Of a DNA stretch of 64,000 bases, positions 1 through 6,982 are shown one piece after another (position 1 is the first letter of the stretch; every line of letters begins with the position of its first letter). The position numbers and the translations under genes are program-made. The notes below the pieces were generated by a model. It saw only the letters and a program-made list of their open reading frames with translations, was not told the origin of the DNA and did not search any database. Origin of the DNA: Cyanobacteriota bacterium (GTDB lineage Bacteria > Cyanobacteriota > Cyanobacteriia > Thermostichales > Thermostichaceae); NCBI GenBank assembly GCA_033764955.1, contig JANRIL010000041.1, positions 58,408 through 122,407 of the forward strand. The letters run 5' to 3'.

Positions 1-384
1 AAGATCTAAGTGGCCAATTACTAAATCACGGGTAATTAGTCTTAGTTCTGTAATTATTTTAGATCGAAGCTGAGAGAAATCGTCATTAGGATTATCCTCT
101 ATAATATCCCTCAATCGCGTATTAACAGCACTATAATAATCACCACTATGCCCACCATTGTGAATGGCACCTGGCACACGCTTCGCTACCTCACTATTAG
201 CAGGCAACATCACCCCATTCTCGGCACTGTTGATGCCAATGCCATAATCTCTCAGAATATCCTGGGCTAACTTCGCTGCTGTTGCCGTTGCAGCCACAAT
301 ATGATGAGGTCTTGTGCCACAGGGCATGTCCCCATAAACAGCTTCTAATGCTCTTGCCAGTTGGTCAGAGTTGCTAGTAGAAGA
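1..384 (-). pseudogene. Orphan AHH-family nuclease tip (cassette 4); nuclease domain only, no start at its 5' boundary, runs off the window edge
   Basis: Not in the ORF track. Manual translation after TGA at 385-387: SSTSNSDQLARALEAVYGDMPCGTRPHHIVAA...NSAENGVMLP...HNGGHSGDYYSAVN...DLVIGHLDL. About 91% nt identical (hand count 23/262 mismatches) to 2806-3067. Confidence 0.85.
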
Positions 385-494
385 TCATGATTCTGTTTGT
401 ATTGTCTCTATCAGAATGCTAAAGATTATGTTGAGATTGCGTTGGCTCTATGAAATGTGAGATTTACCTTTCTCTGATAGGAATTTTGGAGTGT

Positions 495-1046
495 CTAAGA
501 GGAGGATGACCAGACTTTATCAAACTTAAACCCTGTTAAATGATGTTGGCGAACCAACTCGACAAATTGATCGCTGACATAAATACTATATCTAAATTGT
601 TTATGAGGAATCCTAAAAATTTGCAAATCACCTATTTTACTTGGAAAGAATGAATGCTTTAGAATCTCTATAGGAGATCCAGAGGGAAGTGTTCTAAATT
701 CGGAGTTTTGTTCATCTAAGCAATCGCAAGATGAGGTAAAGTGATAAGCAAAATATGCGCCGAAACATGGTTGCAGTGGTAAAAGCTCTCCACTCTCTAA
801 TAAAAAATTACCTAAAACCATAATTGCCAAATCACTAAAAACTGGAATAGTTCCATAAATAGTAGCTCGATCACCAGGTATCCTCCCTCTTTGTCTTTTT
901 GATATTGAGAGATGTACTGGATTCCAGATATCTCGAATTGGATTATCCTTATGCCATCCCAGCTCCATTAATTTCTTTGACTGATCAGGATCTAGGCAAT
1001 GAAACATTATCCCATTATTATCGATTACAAGCAGATATATATTCAT
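495..1046 (-). CDS. Imm11/DUF1629-like immunity protein (partner of cassette 3)
   Basis: MNIY start; PVFS..GELLP and IFR..YVSDQFV..LTGFKF..W motifs shared with the two paralogs; begins just after the toxin stop. Confidence 0.8.
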   Translation of the reverse strand: MNIYLLVIDNNGIMFHCLDPDQSKKLMELGWHKDNPIRDIWNPVHLSISKRQRGRIPGDRATIYGTIPVFSDLAIMVLGNFLLESGELLPLQPCFGAYFAYHFTSSCDCLDEQNSEFRTLPSGSPIEILKHSFFPSKIGDLQIFRIPHKQFRYSIYVSDQFVELVRQHHLTGFKFDKVWSSSS

Positions 1047-1050
1047 GGAT

Positions 1051-2001
1051 CTAAAGCCATAGACTTGAATCATGGTTCAGAAGTCTAGTTCTTAATTCAT
1101 TGAGGATTTGAACTATTTCATTGACTGGTTCATTGTTATCTTTAGCAGACTTTAATAATGTATTTACCGTATTGATATACTTGCTTGTATGAATAGTTTG
1201 ATGATACGGCCCAGGAGCATAGGACTCTCTTCCCCCAGGTAAGAAAACTCCATTCACTGCATCATCAATGCTAATTTGATAGCTATCTAATACATCTCGT
1301 GCTTGCTGAGCACTAGGATCATTTTGCTCTACAATATGATGCGCCTGAGTATCACATGGTTGAAAGGTTGGGGGAGGCGCTTCAGGTAAATGGCTCCCTT
1401 GTTGCATATTTTGGGCTAGGCGATTAGTGGGTGATATCCGACATTCCACCTCAAATTCTATAAATTGATTGGCTTGACCGTCAGTTCCAAGAAGACTACT
1501 CCAAACAGTAGCTGAGGATGGAGAAATACTGTTCAGCAGTTGAAAACCCATAGTGGCAGGCGGATAAGTCCCCTCAGAAGCTACCTCAATTTTTATCTTA
1601 CTGAAAACTGCTCTGAGTTGAAGAGGCTGGTTTGCTACGGTTCCCTGATCCCAAAGCAATTGGCTTGATTGGGTAGTTTCGACTTGTGGGTATGGAGGGT
1701 TGATAGTGACTCCATTTTGCTTATTCAGGAGAGGTGTAACAGTGATGCTAACTCTGTCTCCATCATCAGGATAATGTCCATTATCCCACAACTCATTTTC
1801 AAGCAAATATTCATTGGAACTAATGACAATACTGGAGGGAGGAATCTTATCGTCAACTTTGGGATCCGGTGAAGGACTAGGAGAGGGAGAAGGACAAGCG
1901 GAGGGAGTGGGATCTGGGGGAGGATCTGGAGTCGGAGGAGGATCCCGATCTGGAGTCGGAGTTGGACTGCGTGAAGGAGATGGACTGAAATAAGCAGCTC
2001 G
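1051..2001 (-). pseudogene. Orphan toxin cassette 3: Pro-rich linker + pre-toxin domain + AHH nuclease; no start codon at the linker
   Basis: The frame of ORF 1051..1806 stays open to 2001 (RAAYFSPSPS...PSACPSPSPSPSPDPKVDDKIP...). Motifs QAHHIV, NGVFLP, HQTIH. Confidence 0.85.
1840..1902. repeat. 63-bp direct repeat (linker homology arm), identical to 5049-5111
   Basis: aggaatcttatcgtcaactttgggatccggtgaaggactaggagagggagaaggacaagcgga at both positions. Confidence 0.95.
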
Positions 2002-2640
2002 CTACTCATCACTTGACCAAACTAACTTGGGAGCAAACCCTAACAACCCATGCTCTTGGATCCGCTCAACGAATACGTCTGACACATAAAGCAGACCAGC
2101 TTTTGAGTGATGTAAGTCCATTCTGAAAACAACTTGGTTTTTAACTAAATCAGGATGAAACTTGTAATTTATGATATGACCAAGGCTACGATCAGCTAAT
2201 AATCCCTTAGTCCTTAAATAACCATAAGAACCAGGAGGGAGTAATTTAGCTTCTTCAGCAGTATAGTAATAATCAAACTCAGAGTTTTCTGTATCCAGAG
2301 CATCCACAAAGTTAGTTACGTTGTAGCAGTAATAGGTTCCATATTCGGTAATGATAGGTAATAATTCACCGCTTGGAATAAGTAGGTCTTCTAATACGTT
2401 CACTGCGTTCTGACTGAAGGCAATACGCCCCCCACAACCTGGAAAATCTGAAAGAGGGTACTTTTTAGGTTCTTCATCAGTTACCCAATAAGCTTTACAA
2501 GGAATCCATTCATGCTTAATTGGTTTTCTATACAACCATTTTCTCTCTCTGTAGTTAGCAGTAATTCTTCTAGAATCACTTGATTCAAGATTAAGCAAGT
2601 TGTAAGGATTAGCATCCCAATCAAGAATATAGATATTCAT
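2002..2640 (-). CDS. Imm11/DUF1629-like immunity protein (partner of cassette 2)
   Basis: MNIY start; SDFPG, GELLP, VDALD, YVSDVFVERI..LLGF, WSSDE end. Confidence 0.82.
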   Translation of the reverse strand: MNIYILDWDANPYNLLNLESSDSRRITANYRERKWLYRKPIKHEWIPCKAYWVTDEEPKKYPLSDFPGCGGRIAFSQNAVNVLEDLLIPSGELLPIITEYGTYYCYNVTNFVDALDTENSEFDYYYTAEEAKLLPPGSYGYLRTKGLLADRSLGHIINYKFHPDLVKNQVVFRMDLHHSKAGLLYVSDVFVERIQEHGLLGFAPKLVWSSDE

Positions 2641-2675
2641 TTGCTCCTCTTCTGTATCTTTGTTAAAAGTCTGGC

Positions 2676-3638
2676 TTACAATTGCAAATTCCCAAGAACT
2701 AAGTCGTTAGCAATTTTTCTTAGTTCATCAATTATTTTCCCTCTAATTTGCTGATAATTGTTACTGTTAGTAACTGCTTGATCTCTAGTTATTCTCAGTC
2801 GGTCGTTAACAGCACTATAATAAGCACCACTATGTCCACCATTATGAATAGCACCTGGCACACGCTTCGCTACCTCACTATTGGCAGGTAACATCACCCC
2901 ATTCTCAGCACTGTTGATGCCAATGCCATAATCTCTCAGAATATCTTGAGCTTCCTGCGCTGCTCCTGCCGTTGCCGCCACAATATAATGGGGTCTTGTG
3001 CCACAGGGCATGTCCCCATAAACAGCTTCTAATGCCCTTGCCAGTTGGTCGGAGTTACTGCTGGAAGTATAAGATAATCTCCTGCATTCCAAATTAAATT
3101 GATACTTTTGACCCAGCTCTAGCATTGGTAGATTGGCACTCAATGGCTTTAACTGACTATAGCTACTGATGCTTCCTCCTGTTGGGTCATGATTATTAAA
3201 CAAAAGGTTGAGGGTCGCTGCATCAGGATAACTCCCCAAATCAATCGCCTCAATAGTAACAGAATTGTTAAATCCTGGTAAATCAACTGTCTGTAAGTTC
3301 CCTAATGTGATTGTTAGCTCGACAGGAGAGAGAGCAGGTTGAGCTGCAATATCAGAGGTAGAAGGGTTAAAAGAACCCGCAGATTCGATAGTTAGCTTGA
3401 TGCGATCTTGATCCTGGTGATGTCCATTGTCTTCAAAGTTTATACCCAGAGAATAAGTATCATTCTTCAAGACCACTCTTACAGCAGACTGAAAGGCAAA
3501 CGGAGTCGGATCCTTTAGGTCAGGACTAGGGCTAGGAGAGGGCGAAGGACAAGCGGAGGGACTGGGATCCGGGGGAGGATCTGGAGTGGGACTTGGGCTG
3601 AGAGGCGGCGGTGGTGGCGAACTGAATAAGCAGCTCAC
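2676..3638 (-). CDS. Orphan toxin cassette 2: Pro linker + pre-toxin domain + AHH-type nuclease with PHY instead of xHH
   Basis: GTG overlaps the immunity TGA; PSACPSPSPSPSPD linker; NSAENGVMLP and HNGGH motifs. Confidence 0.8.
   Translation of the reverse strand: MSCLFSSPPPPPLSPSPTPDPPPDPSPSACPSPSPSPSPDLKDPTPFAFQSAVRVVLKNDTYSLGINFEDNGHHQDQDRIKLTIESAGSFNPSTSDIAAQPALSPVELTITLGNLQTVDLPGFNNSVTIEAIDLGSYPDAATLNLLFNNHDPTGGSISSYSQLKPLSANLPMLELGQKYQFNLECRRLSYTSSSNSDQLARALEAVYGDMPCGTRPHYIVAATAGAAQEAQDILRDYGIGINSAENGVMLPANSEVAKRVPGAIHNGGHSGAYYSAVNDRLRITRDQAVTNSNNYQQIRGKIIDELRKIANDLVLGNLQL
3532..3587. repeat. Linker homology arm copy in cassette 2
   Basis: ctaggagagggcgaaggacaagcggagggactgggatccgggggaggatctggagt; 3 mismatches to 1877-1932. 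Confidence 0.9.
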
Positions 3639-4189
3639 TCCTCATCACTTGACCAAATCTTGCGAAACAGAAAGCCTGTTAATCGAGCCCGTTCAACAAT
3701 ATTTACAAACTGATCTGTCACACAGGGATAGCTATCATGAGGAATTTGCACAGTCTTAAAAATGGTAAGTTGGGAAACCTTTTGTGGAATAAAATAATAT
3801 TTTTTGATATAATAAACTAAGCCATTTTGATTCTTTGATAGGGAAGACTTTTCTTCATCAAGAGCATCTACAATCGTTGTGGTATTGTAGAGATAGAATG
3901 TTCCATTATCACTTTCTAACGGTAATAACTCTCCATTCATCTCTAGTACTTCTCCTAAAGCTTCTACTGCTTTCTCGGTAAATGCAGGCATCCCACTCAA
4001 TCCTGGAAAATCACTAATTAGTCGAGGGGGTTTGTCAAGATCACTAACGAGCTGGACTGGTACTGGCTCCCAAATTCCTAATACAGGATTTCCAGAGAGA
4101 AATTTACTCACTTTATTGAGTTTCTCCCCACTGCCCACAACTAAACTTCGATATCTACTAACATCGGGTACTAAATGATAAATATTCAT
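3635..4189 (-). CDS. Imm11/DUF1629-like immunity protein of the full-length toxin
   Basis: GAGG SD before MNIY at 4189; SDFPG, GELLP, VDALD, VTDQFV..LTGFLF..WSSDEE. Confidence 0.85.
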   Translation of the reverse strand: MNIYHLVPDVSRYRSLVVGSGEKLNKVSKFLSGNPVLGIWEPVPVQLVSDLDKPPRLISDFPGLSGMPAFTEKAVEALGEVLEMNGELLPLESDNGTFYLYNTTTIVDALDEEKSSLSKNQNGLVYYIKKYYFIPQKVSQLTIFKTVQIPHDSYPCVTDQFVNIVERARLTGFLFRKIWSSDEE

Positions 4190-4199
4190 GCTCTGAACC

Positions 4200-6044
4200 T
4201 CAATGGGGAAATGTTTTTGCAATCAGTTCTTGTCGAATGTTATTCAATACATCTTGAATGTTAAATGTTGTTGCTCCTGGTTGATTTGCTGCTGCTGCTA
4301 ATCTTCTCCTAACTTCCTGAACATAAGTGTTCGTATGAAGCCCTGGAGATTGATTATGAGGTGTGCCAGGAACGGGAATGCTATTATTCTGTGGTAATAC
4401 TACTCCGTTTGAGGCACTGTTGATATGAATATCAAACTGAGTCAGAATATCTTTAGATGCTTGTACCGCTTCACTCATTTCCGGACTACCACTAAAGTTT
4501 CCTTTCGGCACAATATGATGAGCTGCCGTACCACATGGCATCCTTTTCCCATAATATCCAAATGGCTCTGAAAATACATTCCCAGATAAATTCATGTGGA
4601 GTCCTTGCTCCATATTTCTGGCTAGCTTAGCGGCATCATCACTGCCACCAGCCGGAGCACGACGACACTCTACTTCAAAGGTAATGCTTTGGTTAGCACT
4701 CAACAACACACTCCCTTCAAATGTGGTGAGGCTAACCGATTGACTAGATCCAGGGAGAGGAGTTGGATCTTGTTCTACCTTTTCTATCTTAAATTCTAGA
4801 GTGGCTGGCGGATATTCTCCTTCCGATAACCCCTCAATGGTGACTTTGTTCTCAACTGACTGGAGATCAAATACACTTGATTTGTCTTGAGCCGATAAAT
4901 TAATAGAATCTTGCTCACCTGTAGCAGAACTAAGAGTATATCCAGTAGGTTCAACGGTAATAATAACGGAATCACCATCAGAAGTATGATGACCATTATC
5001 GTTAAGCTTCATCGTAAATTGTTGATAGTCATGCACCACAACCTTGACAGGAATCTTATCGTCAACTTTGGGATCCGGTGAAGGACTAGGAGAGGGAGAA
5101 GGACAAGCGGATGGACTGGGATCCGGAGTTGGGGGAGGATCCGGAGTAGGAGTGGGTTGAGGAGTGGGAGTAGGACTCGGTGAAGGGAAAGGATCTGGTT
5201 GGTTATAAATCTCTTCTAGAGTAGCGGCAAAAGCAGCTAGCTGCTCAGGAGCCATATAGTCCTCGACCAAGGCTAACAACTGAGCCGTGGAATAGCCAAC
5301 TAAGCCAAAGACTTCAATAGTTGTGAGAATACAGCCATTGGGATTGGCAAGAGCCAAGCATTGGTTAATAGCAGTTGCAAACGCTTGTGGGGAAACAGAA
5401 CTAGTCTTGCTTTCGCTCTCAGAGAGGTGAAGGCTACTCTGGTCAGGAGGGCAAGGATCCGGAGTGGGAGTTGGGCTGGGAGGTGGCGGTGGTGGCGGTG
5501 GCGGTGGCGGTGGCGGTGGCGGCGGTGGTGGCGGAGTGGGATCTGGAGAGGGGAAAGGAGAAGGACTGGGGGTTGGGCTAGGAGAAGGGGAAGGACTGGG
5601 GGAAGGAATCGGGGAGGGACAAGTATCACGAGTCACTTCAAAGAAGCTTTGAGTTCCATCGGTTCTGCCGTAGCAGGCTTTAGTGCATTGGGAAGTACCC
5701 GTTAAAACATTTGTCCAGCAAAAATCATAGTAATAGCGAGTTGGCTGATCAAAAATCTGCTCTAGGGAATGGAAACGAGCATTATTCCAGCAGCGCGGCC
5801 CATGATAGAGCCAGGTTCCGTTATGGGGATAGTAGTAGTAGCACTGCGCACAGACCTGGCACATGGGAGTGCGAGTGGGGGATCCTGTTGGGGAAGGGCT
5901 GAGAGAGGCTGCTGGGGATGCTGCCACATTGACCGGATCATTGGGATCAACAGCAGGAGCAATCACCGTAGGAGCATGACTAACCGCACAGGCGGCTAAG
6001 CCAAAGCTGAGCAATCCTCCCCAGAGCCAAATCGAGCGAGCCAT
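4200..6044 (-). CDS. Lipoprotein polymorphic toxin with C-terminal AHH (HNH/EndoVII-fold) nuclease
   Basis: Signal peptide with lipobox LAAC (C19); Cys-rich domain; Pro linkers; AAHHIV at 4515-4523, NGVVLP, H..GLHT; immunity gene directly downstream. Confidence 0.85.
   Translation of the reverse strand: MARSIWLWGGLLSFGLAACAVSHAPTVIAPAVDPNDPVNVAASPAASLSPSPTGSPTRTPMCQVCAQCYYYYPHNGTWLYHGPRCWNNARFHSLEQIFDQPTRYYYDFCWTNVLTGTSQCTKACYGRTDGTQSFFEVTRDTCPSPIPSPSPSPSPSPTPSPSPFPSPDPTPPPPPPPPPPPPPPPPPPPSPTPTPDPCPPDQSSLHLSESESKTSSVSPQAFATAINQCLALANPNGCILTTIEVFGLVGYSTAQLLALVEDYMAPEQLAAFAATLEEIYNQPDPFPSPSPTPTPQPTPTPDPPPTPDPSPSACPSPSPSPSPDPKVDDKIPVKVVVHDYQQFTMKLNDNGHHTSDGDSVIITVEPTGYTLSSATGEQDSINLSAQDKSSVFDLQSVENKVTIEGLSEGEYPPATLEFKIEKVEQDPTPLPGSSQSVSLTTFEGSVLLSANQSITFEVECRRAPAGGSDDAAKLARNMEQGLHMNLSGNVFSEPFGYYGKRMPCGTAAHHIVPKGNFSGSPEMSEAVQASKDILTQFDIHINSASNGVVLPQNNSIPVPGTPHNQSPGLHTNTYVQEVRRRLAAAANQPGATTFNIQDVLNNIRQELIAKTFPH
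5049..5111. repeat. Linker homology arm inside the full-length toxin
   Basis: Identical to 1840-1902. Confidence 0.95.
5478..5534 (-). repeat. (CCACCG)n-type tandem repeat encoding 19 consecutive prolines
   Basis: Direct read of the ggtggc/ggcggt tract. Confidence 0.9.
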
Positions 6045-6286
6045 TCAGCCGTACCCTGCCAAACCTTCCACAGGCTACCGGCGATTAAGTAGCTTTCTAA
6101 AAAAAATCATAATTGTTTAATATTATGGATGAACTGAATGAAAGAAAGCGGATCCACCCCTTTCTCTAGTCATAGCTCTGAAGTTTCTGCAACAGGGATC
6201 CGGATCTGGGGGAGGATCCGGAGTTAGGTTGTTAGCTTTAATATGGATGACAGGCTCCCGCACACCATCAACCATCCGCTTAACCC

Positions 6287-6853
6287 TCAATCCGCCCTCT
6301 CCCTCGAGCATTCCTCCGGAAATTGAGCCAGGAGTGTCAAGGCTTCTTCACACCAAGCGATCCAATCGGCCTCATAGCGGATCCCGCGTTTAAGGGTGAG
6401 ATATTGAAATTGATGTTCTAAAGGAACTTGCCGTAAATTAGCAAAGAAAGATTGTTCCACTTGCCGATAGTGATCGAGCTGGTTTTGGTGAATCTTCTGT
6501 CGTCGTTTTAGCTCCTCTTCAATCAAGTTTTTGGGCACCAAATATCCCGCTAAAACTTTCACCAGTAAATCTTCTCGAAGCACCGTAGGTTGCGAAGGTT
6601 CCTTCAACCATTCCTTGAGGTTTTCCTTGCCTAAGGGGGTTATTTCGTAGACTTTTTTGTTGGGGCGATCCGCTTGAATCTCTAGGTGAGAATGAACCCA
6701 ACCCTCCACCTCTAATTTCGCTAATTCTCGATAAATCTGCTGCTGACTGGCCTGCCAATAACAGGCTACATACTGATCAAAATGCTTGGCTAGGTCATAG
6801 CCGCTTAGAGGAGAACGAGCCAGTGTCGCCAAAATGGCGTGGGTAAGTGCCAT
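6287..6853 (-). CDS. PadR-family transcriptional regulator (AphA-like C-terminus)
   Basis: MAL.HAIL..SGYDLAK.F...QQIYREL..L...RPNKKVYEIT..G. Confidence 0.92.
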   Translation of the reverse strand: MALTHAILATLARSPLSGYDLAKHFDQYVACYWQASQQQIYRELAKLEVEGWVHSHLEIQADRPNKKVYEITPLGKENLKEWLKEPSQPTVLREDLLVKVLAGYLVPKNLIEEELKRRQKIHQNQLDHYRQVEQSFFANLRQVPLEHQFQYLTLKRGIRYEADWIAWCEEALTLLAQFPEECSRERAD

Positions 6854-6901
6854 AGGGTGCAAAATATGACCGCAACAACAAACAGTCTGTGGTTTAGCGC
6901 A

Positions 6902-6921
6902 CTATACAACAAGTTGTATAG
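6902..6921. promoter_or_regulatory. Perfect inverted repeat CTATACAAC-AA-GTTGTATAG, probable PadR operator
   Basis: 9-bp arms in the short divergent padR/efflux intergenic region. Confidence 0.7.
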
Positions 6922-6982
6922 GTGCTTTTATGATTATTAACTAATGAGACTACTCTGTTCAGCTTACCTTGCGGAGGCCCCG

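Noticed and set aside
1840..5160. Linker repeats as a CRISPR array
   Set aside because: Spacing is about 1.5 kb, the repeats are coding and in frame, and there are no cas genes
5300..5999. Alternative-frame ORFs with poly-Gly, poly-(RW) and poly-(HR) runs
   Set aside because: Shadows of the poly-Pro repeat in the toxin gene
6123..6311. 62-aa ORF between padR and the toxin
   Set aside because: No family signal; only the embedded linker-like stretch is meaningful (reported as a finding)
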